From Stegostoma tigrinum (Eukaryota), in assembly GCF_030684315.1 (NCBI RefSeq), contig NC_081387.1:21570647-21634646 (forward strand): a stretch of DNA of 64,000 bases, given 5' to 3'. How positions within the stretch are numbered: position 1 is the stretch's first letter; every line of letters begins with the position of its first letter. The notes under the pieces are model-generated. The model saw nothing but the letters and a program-made list of their open reading frames with translations, was not told the DNA's origin and searched no databases. Shown here in pieces: positions 26,611-38,869 of the stretch. The position numbers and the translations under genes are program-made.

Positions 26611-27781
26611 CATGGAGATCTGAATTTCAAGACTGAATTAAATAAAGTTGCCATATACCCAGAGAATCATAGGGTTGCTCTTTCATGAGAAAGAGAGAGG
26701 GGATAGTTTGAGAAGGACAGACTTCATGGTAGTCTCAGCTGGTGTGAGAATTAAGTAACGTAAATCACTCAAACCAGAGTAAAAGAATGGGCGAGAGTCT
26801 TAGTCAAAGTGAATGATAACCAATATTAATGACAGAAACACTATCAAGAAACTATACTTTCTACTCATCATGATATGGTTTTTATGGGAGCTAGCTTTAC
26901 ACAAATGTATTGTTACTTTTTCTACATTATACAGTGAGCAAAATTTGAAAACAAGTCATTGACTCTAAAGGAGCTTTGAAATATCACATGGTTATGAAAG
27001 GTGTTACAGGAAGTTGACTCAGTTGCTTTTGTTCCTTTATGAACAATTTGACCACCAGTTGTATGAATTGCTCTGTTTCATGCTGTGCAGTCCTTACCTA
27101 TGCAAATATTCATTCAGTGCCCATGACCACCTCCAGCCTCTGCAAGTATAACCACTCACCCACTCCCACCACCAACAAAGAGCGTTTGCTTGCCTACAGG
27201 AGAAAATGCCATGTTTCCTAAATCTGATCTTCCAACTCCTGGTTTGTAGAACACATTTCAACATTCCAAATACATGGACAGTCATTAGCAACATTTTACT
27301 GAAGCCACCCGAAAATTGATTGGTCTCACATAGACTGGACAAGCAATGATCTAATTGACTGATTGCACGTCTGAAATATGGGACCAGGTAAGAATAGCAG
27401 ATTTCCTTCAATAGTGGACAATTGATAGTGGTCACATGGTTATGATTAGACCAGCTTTTTATTCCAGACTTTTATTGAAGTCAAATGCAATCATCCGCCC
27501 TGGTTGAATATGATCTTGTGTCCCTGAAACATTAGCCTGGGATTGTGGATTGTTAGCCCAGTTACATTACCACAATGACACTGTCTCCCCCTCTATAACA
27601 ATAAGTAGTTATCTTCTTTCTGAAGTTTTGGGTCTTTCCTATGGTAAGGAAAACACCTACATCTCAATTAACTAATGCATTGTTACTTACATTAAATACT
27701 AAACACAAGGATCAGTGATTTAGAGAATTAGATTTTAAAACTCTTCTCATTTGGATTTATAAATCAGGATTTTTTATTTAC

Positions 27782-27894
27782 CTGAGTCAATAAACATGAT
27801 CATTTCTCTCCATGCTGTGTACTGCAGAGGACCTTTGAACTGTTCAATGGACAGTGCCTCATTTGCCACCGACAGTATATCACAGTATTCACTA
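27782..27894 (-). CDS. TRIM gene B exon 5 (113 nt linker)
   Basis: QFKGPLQYTAWREM motif; TAG acceptor, TCAG|GTAAAT donor; frame consistent. Confidence 0.9.
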
Positions 27895-27993
27895 CTATTG
27901 AAAATATGAAATAGTTGATGTTAGAAAGTGAGCAAAGTCATTTTCTCAGTAACTTGACCAAACTGCTGAGTTTCAGTAAAGACTGTATCCTAC

Positions 27994-28016
27994 CTTCTTT
28001 TCCAACAAACTTCCTC
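27994..28016 (-). CDS. TRIM gene B exon 4 (23 nt)
   Basis: tttcAG|GAGGAAGTTTGTTGGAAAAGAAG|GTAGG on the minus strand. Confidence 0.87.
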
Positions 28017-28239
28017 CTGAAATAAAGGAATCAAAAATAGTGAGGAGGACGGCAGCATAATTCAGCGCATTAAAATGAGCAGATTAACTGATGAAAATTA
28101 AGCCAGCAAAAAAGAATCTATGTTTTACTAGGGGAATTTGATGAGACAGGCAATTTCATACAAGAGAAAAAATAAGTTATTTGCCTAGTGTAGCAATACC
28201 CTATGTAGAAAGAAAACCAAACTGTGACATATAAGGACA

Positions 28240-30360
28240 GAGTTTACAATGTTAATGGTGCCTTAGCAAATAATACCACAGAATGCAAAGTAGTGTCTAA
28301 AAATTGAACAATTGAACAAAACAATTTTACGTGCTTTATTTGAATGCATGTTGCATTTGGAAGAAGATAGTTGAGTTGCTTGCAAAAAATTGAAATGTGA
28401 GTTATAATGTGAAAACTATGAGAGAGTTGTAAGGTGAGGAGCTTGATACTCATGGGTATTTGACATTTCAGAAAGACAGACAGATAGAAGAAAGGAGTTG
28501 GTATACTTTTCTTCAGAAAGGAAGATGCCAGTATATACGTGAAAAACGGTCTTATTTTGGAAGGTGAAGATATAAAACTATTTTGATTGGAAATAAGAAA
28601 CAGGTATACAGTAGGACAGCCTCTCAATTACAAAGTCACGGGGTCTTGTATGAAGGTACTACAATAATTTTGATCAACTGTAATTTTTTATAAAACAATT
28701 GGCAAAGGTAGCCTTGATGATGATTTCATAAAGTGTATTCATAACAACTTCTTAAAACAATGTTCTGGAGCCAGTCACGAAATGTATAATTACAGAATCT
28801 GAAGACTCGTTTCTGAGGAAGGGTCACCGGACCCAGACATTAACTGTGATTGTTTTTTTTTCCTCTCAGATGCTGCCAGACCTGTTGATCTTTTCCAGCA
28901 ACTTCTGTTTTTGTCTCTGATTGATGATGAATCAGGACGAATCGGTGGTCTCATGGTAAAGCATTCTCAAGGAAAGAGTGATCATAGCATGACACATTTT
29001 TTGGTTAGTTTAAGGATGACAAATATGGACCTTAAACTCTATTAAGGGAATTACAAATGTTAAGACACTGAGTTGTCTAACATGGACTGAGAAAATAGGT
29101 TTAAAGATAAGGGGTAGTGAAGTAGTACCAGCTACTCAAAGATATGTTTCATAATTTTCAAAAATATTTACTGCCATTTCAAAATATATAATATAAAAGA
29201 GGGATATGCTATCTATGGACAAAATCATGATATCAAGCCTGGTATCACATTGAAAGTAAAGGCAAATTCTCTGAAAACACATAGGGTGAAAAATATATAA
29301 TGATGAAGAAACTGGCACATGAGAAAACCAGAAAGAAATATAAACACAATTATAATTTTTGACAAAAATCAAAAAAATGTAGACAGTCGCCAAAGTGACA
29401 TAGACGATAGTAATTAGAAGCAAAGGAATGGCACAGACTTTGAACAAATACTCTGCATCTTTCTTCATGGTAGAACATAAAAAGACATCCGAGTAATAAC
29501 AGTACTAATTGAAGGGGAAATTGGAAGGCAACAGAGATAGAGGATCTCAGTATTTAAGGTTCAGTATAATCTGTTGTAATCTACTTTGGCATGGGGGTTT
29601 GAAAAACATACCAGAATTTCAAAATGAGGAGAAAATGTTGCATTACCAGGTGCTTTGTTCATCTTCATAAAAGAATTACAATGTTAAAATGTATGGCAAA
29701 TAATTAAAGAACTAAAGTTTATCTCATTCCTTGTTGAAGGAGTGTGTGACATAAAAATAACAGTATTTTACTGAATTTGTACAGGGAATTATTGAGACCA
29801 CATCTAAAGTACAATGTGAAAATTACTATCAGAGTTAATAGATGAGGAACAGGAAAGTCAACATTTCGGTTTGAAGTCCTTCATCAGGAATTGATACAAA
29901 TTGGTATCATTCCTAATGCGTCATGGCACGTGGCATTTCTGAAAAGGTTTACTGGTTGATTCTAGATGATAAGCAGGTTATCTTACAATAATTTTTTAGT
30001 CAAGTTGGGCCTATGCTCAGTGGAATTCAAAAAGGATTAAATCTTATTAAAACATAGCATTCTGACTATGTCTATGTTGAGAGATTGTGAACTCCAGAAC
30101 TGAGGAACATACATTAAAAATAAAGATGAGGAGGAATTTCTTCTCTCGGAATGTTGCTGATACTTCTAGTTATTTCAATGAAGAAGCAATGGAGGTTGGC
30201 TCTTTGCCTCATTCAATCCTGAATATATTCAACATTCAGATGACAATGGTCCTGAGGGTTATGAGGGACAGTGATTCCACAGTGAGATCAGCCATGAATG
30301 TATCGAATGGCTGAGCAAGTTGGAAATGCAGAAAGACTTTCTCCTTCTTTGACTTCTTAT
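28240..30360 (+). mobile_element. Old CR1 remnant (endonuclease to 3' end, heavily deleted) with nested hammerhead-type fragments at ~28810 and ~29860
   Basis: Decayed AP-endonuclease and RT-like sequence. Confidence 0.55.
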
Positions 30361-30574
30361 GATCTTTAACATGTGAAGTATAACTATTTTAAATGGAGTG
30401 CAGTATCAGAGAAACATAGAGGCAACTTTTACACAAATCTTTTAGGTAATTGGCAAAACACAAGATTGTAGCAGTTTCTTGCTTTAAAACAATGACCAAT
30501 GATTGGGAATGTATTTGAGTGATACATATCAGCAAGTCGTGTCCTCAGATAAATTCTCGAGAGAAAAGGATCAA

Positions 30575-31060
30575 CAAGAAAAGATTTACAAGAATGTTGC
30601 CAGGGTTGGGGGATTTAAGCTATAGGGAGAGGCTGAATAGACTGGAGCTATTTTCCATGGCACATCCAACTCTGAGGAGTGATTTGATAGAGGTATATAA
30701 AATCTTCAGTGGCAAAGATAGAGTGAATAGCCAAGGTCTTTGCCCTGCAGTGGGGGAGTTCAGAACTAGGGAGCATAGATTTGAGGTGAGGAGAGGAAAG
30801 ATTTTAAATATTTAAGGGGCAACTTTTCCCACACAGAGTGTGCTGCATGTATGGAATGAGCTGCCAGAAGTGGTTGAGATTGGTACAGCTAGAACATTTA
30901 AAAGGCGTCTGGGTGGGTATATGAATAGGAGGGCGTCAGAGTGATATGGGCCAAAAGGTGACAAATGGGACTAGATTAAATTAGGAAATCTAGTCCGGAT
31001 GGATGAGTTGGACCGAAGGATTTATTTCCGTGCTGTACAGTTCTATAACCCGATGACCTG
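30575..31060 (+). mobile_element. CR1 3' fragment
   Basis: KRFTRMLPGLGDLSYRERLNRLELFS. Confidence 0.82.
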
Positions 31061-31291
31061 AACAGAGAGAAAGAAGACCAATTTTCCAGATGAAACAATA
31101 TAAGACACAACATGAGTTACGAACTAAGCATCATTAACATGGAAACAAATTCTAAATATTTGTTTGAAAATGTTTCTGGGAATCTGCAGGCAATTTAGAA
31201 GTCCATCAGTTTCGTGAGACAACACCCAAAACACCTTGACTAAAAAAGCAATCTGTCACTCCGAGTTTTCACCGAGTATTTTTTTAACTTA

Positions 31292-31385
31292 TTGGTTATT
31301 TTTGAGTGGAACTTCATTGAACTGAGTTGGTTATTTTTGAGTGGAATTACGTTGAACTGAGTTGGTTATTTTTGAGTGGAATTAC
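31292..31385. repeat. 35 bp tandem repeat, ~2.7 copies
   Basis: TTGGTTATTTTTGAGTGGAA at 31292, 31327, 31362. Confidence 0.88.
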
Positions 31386-31400
31386 ATTATATTCCCTCAC

Positions 31401-31634
31401 CTTCAGAAATATCACCTCATCTTTTTGCTTCATTTGTTTCTGTAACTTTAAGAGTTTCTCCTCAATAGAGTTTAATTTGTCCTGAATCTTTCGAAGATTT
31501 TTCTCCATTGGTTCGACAGTCCTCGCCTCTTCTTCCCTGAGATCTCTGAGTAAACGCTGCTCTTTCTCAGTGAGAATCTGGTGCATTTTAGTGAACTCGG
31601 ATGTGATGTGGGTCTGCAGGCTTCTCGCCTGTTC
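31401..31634 (-). CDS. TRIM gene B exon 3 (234 nt coiled coil)
   Basis: AG/GT boundaries; EQARSLQTHITSEFTKMHQILTEKEQRLLRDL. Confidence 0.92.
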
Positions 31635-31727
31635 CTACCAAATGAAATGTGAAACATCATTAATGTCCTGCGACAAAGGGAACAAAACTGACCGAGATCC
31701 CAGAAAATCAACACAAGAAGACCTCAC

Positions 31728-31823
31728 CCTCACTTCGGAAATATTCCGTTTCTGGCTCTGTTCTGTCTCCAGAACCTCCGCTTTCTTCTCTGTGAGCGAA
31801 TCTAAAGCAGATTCGAGCTGAGC
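31728..31823 (-). CDS. TRIM gene B exon 2 (96 nt coiled coil)
   Basis: AG/GT boundaries; AQLESALDSLTEKKAE.. homologous to gene A exon 2. Confidence 0.92.
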
Positions 31824-31916
31824 CTGGAATTGGGAGAGAGAAAAATCACGGAATTAAACTTTTGGACAGTGGAAGGAAAATGAAATAATCAGGTAGTAAA
31901 ATGCGTTGCCATTAAC

Positions 31917-32312
31917 TTGGAAGATTTCAACAGCTTGAGTAATCGGGATGAATGGGTGCCCTCTGTGTTCCGGCGTAGCAATGCACATCACACAGATCAA
32001 AGCCTTGTCAGTTTCACAAAATAACTTCAGTTCCTCCTTGTGTTCCTCACAGTGACGTTTACTTTCCTTCTCTGCTAGAGTTTCCTTTACTTTCCGAGCT
32101 TTATCTGCCAGACTCAATACACTCCGATTTACTGAGAGCCTTCTTCGCGGAACCTTCTCATTACATTCTGGGCAGAAGTTTACGTTCTGATTTTCGATAC
32201 AAGAGCGGCAGAAATTGTGTCCACAACCCAGCGTGACTGGGTTGTTGAAAAAATTTTGACAAATTGAACAAATCGCCAGGTCGATCAAACTGTCACCCAG
32301 TCGGGAAGCCAT
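31917..32312 (-). CDS. TRIM gene B coding exon 1: RING + B-box2 (full CDS 32312-21869, 470 aa)
   Basis: MASRLG start; CSIC..CGHNFCRSC..CPEC and CEEH..FCETD..CVMC..HRGH; CAA|GTTAAT donor at the position homologous to gene A. Confidence 0.92.
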
Positions 32313-33099
32313 GCTCACTTACAACACTTCCTGGTTCAAAATGGTCTTAAATTCTGTGTTGCTGAACACTTTCTGTTCTGCAATAAAGTACAAATGATTC
32401 TTAAAATGTACCGTCGACGTTCAGGTTGGAGAAGAAAACGAGAACAGGTTGTACGAAAGACAGTGTTACAGCATAGAGCGCAGTAAACGATGTGATGTGG
32501 GAGGGTGGAGATGCAATGGGGGTGGGGTTTGGGGCGCAGAACAGGTTGTGATGGGCGAGGATCGAGATTCCTGTGTTTCTTGTTACAGACTGGTCAGGCA
32601 GCTTCTTCCTGATGGTGCAACTAACTATGTAAAATACATATCACAAAACTGAGTTCAGTTCATTTTTGCAGCGCCCCATCCCACATACCAAGTACCATAA
32701 ATACTTTAGAAGTTATTTCAGATGACTGATAAAGAGAAAGAGTTAAGAGAAAACATCTTTAGAGTTAAGCAACCTGGGGAATTTTGATTCGTTCTGCGTT
32801 AACAAAGGTAAAGGCGTTTTTATTAAACGGCGAGACGGTGGCTACACAGCAGTAGTAACTTCACTAGAGCGTTAGCGACATTGAGTTGTCCAGGCTGGCG
32901 CAAACACGGTTTAAAATTCCTCAAATACGTTGCATCTGTGTTTACCTCCGAGGCAGATGCTGCTTTGTCCATGGTGAAGAGAAATCGCAGCGACTAAGAA
33001 GGTGTAAAAGTGATAAGGAGGCACGATTGGATAAACACTGATCAAGTGAATAAGACAATAGGACCAGAAGAGATGCTGGAGGTAAGAACAAACACGATA

Positions 33100-34130
33100 G
33101 AGGCACTGGCAACAAGCTTTCAAACCTCCTGAAATTCATGGAAAATGTGGGATTGCCAGAAAATTGCAACAATTACAACCTTGTTCGGAAAAGATAAACT
33201 GTAAAGCATCAAAAGTCTCGTCTGAATTTGTTGGGGTTAACTTCAATAGTGGGGAAATTTCTAGAAACCATTAGAATAGAATGAATAGTCACGTGACCCA
33301 CAACCGTATTATTTAGAGGAAGTCATGCCTTACTATAGAGAGGGTTGTTGAGGTGAGCACCGTTATGCGGTATACATAAACTTTGTGAAGGTGTTCAAAA
33401 GAGCGCCACACGACAGATCTGTGAGAGAAAAACGTACAGCTCACCAGATACGAAATGGATACACAATTGGCCGCGACCGACAATCGAAAAGATGTTTGTG
33501 AATGAGTCAAAGAGCGTGCAGAAGAGCTTTGTTAGAATAATTCCAGGGATGCGAGGCTTCAGTTTCGAAGATGATGTGGAAAAGTTACGGCTCTATGTGT
33601 GATCTTGATATTAACGTGCAGGAGACAAATTCAAAGTTTGTGGTTGGCACACATATTGAGAGCGTTGTAAACTGAGAAGGATAATGTGGAGCTCTAAACG
33701 GACGGAGACAAATGGGTCGAGTGGGTGGATAGACGGCATGTGGAGTGCAATAGAGAGGAGCGTGAAGAGAAGCATTTCAGTGCAAATGACATGGAGACTC
33801 AGTGTGGAGTAAAACATACTGCTCCAAAATACAAGCGGGAGCAGAGAGACATGCGTGCGTGTGCAAAAGCCAGGGCAGGCGGAGTGAGGAATTAACAAAG
33901 CGTACGGCCTCCGACTTTGTTTTTAATAGAGGCATAGCATACAAGAGCCGCAGTTCATCCTGAAACTTTAGACGACACTGGTAACGTATCAGTTGGAGTA
34001 CAGTGAGCGCTCTGGCTACTATACAACAGGAAGGATGTGAATGCATTAGAGAGAGTCCAGGACATATTTACAAGAATTGTTCCCGAGATTAGGGCCTTCA
34101 GTCATAAAGTTACATTGGAGAAGATTTCCT
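33100..34130 (+). mobile_element. Degraded CR1 fragments upstream of TRIM gene B
   Basis: Remnants of ALERVQ..FTRIVP and QLEY motifs. Confidence 0.65.
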
Positions 34131-34621
34131 TGGTAAGAAAATCGAGGATTCTATCTACTCCAACGTCAAAGGGCTTTATTGTTTTACGCCAGTGGGAAAA
34201 CAATCTTTATAATCCAGAGGCTTCTTCATGGAACTAAAGAAATATGTATTTTTTTATAGATTTGCTTTTAGCCCCCCTTTGACTGTACAAATCAATTGTA
34301 TTATTAATTAATTACATACATATCTAAACAGGATAATTATGTGATTTCATGATTTATGATGTTTACCATGATGTTTACACTTGTCAATTATTCCTTGGGC
34401 CTTCACAATATATCAAACACATTTCAGAGTTTAGCTCGTGCGCCAAATATTCAGTACTCCGCTACTAATTTAAAGGTTTTTTTATGCCTCAGACATAATA
34501 ATCACCAGGAAAACAGTTAAATCACTTAATGTCTGGACTTTTAAAACTCCATCATATACAAGCATACACACACTATATGTATGTTGTGGCATTTCAAGTG
34601 TAAATCCACATATTTCTTAAA

Positions 34622-34720
34622 TTTCTGAAGAAGGGTCCCAACCGAAACGTCAAGCTTTCCTGCTCCTCTGATTTTGCTTGGCCCGCTGTGTTCATCCAGA
34701 TTCACACCGTATTATCTCTA
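34622..34720 (+). mobile_element. PLE terminal fragment with hammerhead motif
   Basis: CTGAAGAAGGGTCCCAACCGAAACGTC followed by the family 3' sequence. Confidence 0.7.
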
Positions 34721-36370
34721 TCTCTTAAATGTGTTTTCGCCAATATCACCCTTTTAGGCCAGATGCTCATAACTCTCTGGGCGAAATAAAAATTCCTCAA
34801 AATCCTCCAAACCTCCAGCTCTTACTATAAAGATGTGCAGCTTAGTTAATAAGCCCTTTACTCTGAAAACTCTCCAAATTTACCCTGTGTACAGCACCCA
34901 CATCTTCATACACCTTAATCTGAACCCTTCTGTTTTTTTAAGGAAAGTAACCCCAGCTTATCAGGTCTTCCTTCATGGCTGAATTGCTTCTGCTCAGGCA
35001 ACATCCTATTGAATCTCTTCTGCACTCTCTCCAGTGCGATCAGATCATTCCTACAGTGTAGCGATGAGGACTGCATACAATACTCCAAATGTGGCCGAAG
35101 TAATGTTTTAATCAGCTCCAGTATAACCTCTGATAACAAAGTGTGAGTCAGAGATGAAGGGTCTAGGCCCGAAATGTCAGCTTTTGTGCTCCTGAGATGC
35201 TGCTTGGCCTGCTGTGTTCATCCAGCTCCACACTTTGTTATCTTGGATTCTCCAGCATCTGCAGTTCCCATTATCTCTGATCACAATTTTAACCCAGGTA
35301 TAACCTCTGTTGTATTGAATGCCTCAACCAATAAACCCGTAGCTACCTTATCTATCTGGCCTGCTGGCTAAAATATCAATGAACATCCACACCAAGGTAC
35401 CTAGGATGCTTTCTACTTCCCAGGGTCCTACTGTACAACTTGTACTTCCTTGCCTTGATTGCACTCCAAAACTTCATTGCACCACATTTTTAAGGATTAA
35501 ATTCCATTTGCCACTGCTCATTACATCTGATCTACTCATCTATACCATCGTGTCCTCTAAGACATTCCTCGTCATGATTTATCACATCACAAATTCTTGT
35601 GTCACCTGCAAAAGTACTGATCATGCTTCGTATATTCACACCTAGATCATTAATGTACAAAACGAACAGCAGTGGAGCCAGCACTGAAACCTTTTATTCA
35701 ATATTCGACCTAGATTTCCAGTGACAAAAATACCCTTCAACCATTGCCCTCTGTTTCTTCCCACTGAACAAATTTTGCCTCCATTTTGCCAAATTGCCCT
35801 TGATCCAATTGCAGCTTAAATTTTTTAACTAGCCTGCCACATGATATCTAGTTTCCTGATTTAGAGCAAACACGCTTTTTGAATAATGGGATCCATTAGC
35901 TGTCCTCTGGTACTCTAAAAATTCTGGACAGAGAGGATATGAAAATTAATGCTAAGCTTGAATTAATATCCTCATTGCCTTTCACAGAAGCCTGGGATAC
36001 AACTCATCTGAGTCTTGGGATTTATCATTTTCAACACTGTTAAAATTGTTAATAGCTCCTCCCTCTCAGTGTTAATAAATTCAAATATATCACAGTTCCC
36101 CTCTGTAATTTCTAGACCTACCTCGTCCTTCTCCGCAATAAATACCGATGCAAAGCACTCATTTAAAACTATATCCATATCTTCTGGTTGCATTAACACA
36201 TTGTTATTTTGATCCTCAAGAGGCCCTCATAGTTCATTGGTCATTCTTGTTTATAAAACTCCTTTGAATTTTCCTTAAAGTTACCCATCAGTGTTTTTTC
36301 ATGTGACCTCTTTACTGTCTTACTTTCTTTTTGAAGCAACCCCCTGCACTTTCCATACTCCTTCATTTCG
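34720..36370 (-). mobile_element. Degraded CR1 LINE
   Basis: LLRPHLEYCMQ..ALERVQKRFNRM; LNECFASVF. Confidence 0.75.
35133..35297 (+). mobile_element. PLE mini-insertion with short inverted stub, nested in CR1, 12 bp TSD
   Basis: GTATAACCTCTG at 35121-35132 and 35298-35309; begins ATAACAAAGTGTG, the reverse complement of internal CACACTTTGTTAT. Confidence 0.85.
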
Positions 36371-38413
36371 CCTATCCAGCCTTCTGACTTGTTTATCCAA
36401 CCGTTCATCTTTACAGGAACATTTTGGCACGATGAAATAAATATCAGATCTTCTAAAACTATTCTACGGTATTGTAAACAATGACAAGATACCTATAAAT
36501 AACGCAACCTGGTTCCATGCCAGAAGTGATCACTGGCCTGAGTTGGGCAGTTTACGTGACTGTGGCCTTCTCCTTATTCCTCAGAGAGTCACATAGTCTA
36601 TGCTTCTCGGGAATTCACCATCCAAGACTGGAGCCATGCCTGGCATAGAGGAAGAATGATATGTTTGCTGCAAGTCAGTCACCTTAGCTGTAGGGTATCC
36701 GTGCAGGATTTCCTCGGGGTATTTACCTAGGTCAACTATCTTCAGCCGCTTCATGAATGATCTTTCCTCCATCATAAGGACAGAGTGGCAATGTTCAATG
36801 ATTGCACAATGTTCAGCATTATTCCTAAATCCTCAGATATTAAAGCAGTCCGGTCCAAATGTAATAATTTCTAGACAATATCCAGGCTTGGGCTGGAAAT
36901 TGGCAAGAACATTAACAATGCACAAATGCCATTGAAATTGTTACAATGATCATCTGCAATAAGAGACAATCCATCTGCTGCCCTTTGACATTCAATTGCC
37001 TTATCATCATTGAATCCCCAGCTATCAATATCATGGGGTTACCATTGACCAGAAACTCATTAGACTCACAACAAAAATATATTGCCTAAAACAATAGGCC
37101 ATAGGGTAGGAATACAGCACTAAGTGACTCACCTCCCAACTCTGCAAAGCCTATCCACCACCTACAATGCATAAGTCAAGAGTATTCTGAATACTGCCCA
37201 CTTGCCTGGAAGTGTGCAGCTCAAACAACACTCAAGAAGCATGACAATATTTGGAACAGAGAAGCCAACTTGATAACCAACACATCTACACATACCCACT
37301 CCCTCCGCCATCTACACTCCCTCGCAGCAGTGTGTACCAGCTACAAGATGAAGTATAGAAATTAACCCAAAGATCCAGAGATATCACTTTCTAAACCCAC
37401 AACCATTCTCATCTAGGACAAGGCAATAGATAAATGGGAACACCACTAACTGCAGGTTCCCTTCCAAGCCACTCGCCATCCTGACTTGGAAATATATTGC
37501 TGTTACTTCACTGCTGCTGGGTCAAAATCCAGAATTGCAGATCCACATCCAGCACCTGGGTTGCAGCAGTTCAAGAAGATAGCTCACTGCGACCTTGTCA
37601 GGGGCAACGAATGACAGACAATGTATGTTATCCCAGCTAGCGATGCCTGCATCCCATGAGTGAATTAAAAAGTGTCCTGCATGGACCTTTGACCAACCTG
37701 AGAAATGCATATTTTAAAGGGGAATCAGGGCCTAATTTTTACTCTTTTAAAAAAAATCTCACAATGTATTATAACAAATACAGTAGGAAATATCTCTGTG
37801 AATAGAGTACCTTTGATGGAATTTAAGGACTCAAATCATTTTTGTGGGAGGGCAAAAAAGCAAAAAGTGACACTGAAATATCAATGGAAACTATTTTAAA
37901 GGAGAGATGAGAAATGCAGGAATTCAGGGAGGGAACTCCAGAGCCTGGGAAGTCAGCAGGTGAAGGTCTAATATCCAATAGGGCATGACACAAATCAAAA
38001 ATGTTCAAGAGGCTGCAACTAGAGGAGCAGGATTCTCGGAGAGTTGTGAACCCACATATTGCATGGTTGCTCTTTTGGCTTTTAGGTGTTTTCAATCTTT
38101 GTCTTTGTCCCGCAAGCTCTGTTTTAACATAGCTAGTGCACAGACTGGATTTTTACCATCTTCTGAAGGGTTTGGTGTTTTGGTAATTAATCTGTTGTCA
38201 GGTTATAATTTTTTGTCTTTACGTGGTGTGGTTTCCATACTTAATCCTGCATCTCCAAATTAAATTTTACCCAGCTAGTGAAACAGCGTTGACGTTTAAT
38301 TTGCTGCCACTTTTGCTGAAGCACAAAAATGCTGAAAACCTGACTACATAAATAATTTCCAGCATATTCTTACAAAGTGGAATTTGTCAACATTAACTAT
38401 CTAATTTTGGCAG

Positions 38414-38529
38414 GATCAGTGAGGAATATCTGATAGTCTCAACAGCAGGTGGCGCCATGTCTACTGGAAAGTTCAATGGCCCTGTACGGTACACAGTTCG
38501 AAGAGAAATAATGGATGACATTAACCTGG
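38414..38529 (+). pseudogene. TRIM pseudogene C, orphan exon-5 homolog (116 nt)
   Basis: ggcAG|G ATC AGT GAG..GKFNGPVRYTVRREIM..CTG G|GTAAA; same length and phase as gene A exon 5; no upstream RING or coiled-coil exons found on + strand. Confidence 0.75.
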
Positions 38530-38869
38530 GTAAAACACATCCTAATCTTCCCGACTGGAAATACGACTGACAGTTGCATCACCATGTTATCAGGAAAACC
38601 TACTGTTATGTGAGAGCTTGTGTTACCAGACAGATAGTGTGCCGGTTGGAATTAGACGGTTCAGTCAACAGAAAGGGCAGCAGAAACTGAGAGTCTACCT
38701 TGGACAATGGAGGCTGTATGATGATGTTATTGAAGGATTCAAGGCTCAAAATACTAGAGAGATAATTATCCCTAAGTTTAACATGCTCGGAGATTTTATT
38801 ACAACGTAGGGATATCAGTAAACTTCCAGAAGGGGGTGTCACAAGGCAATTTGGAGATAGGGATGCTGA

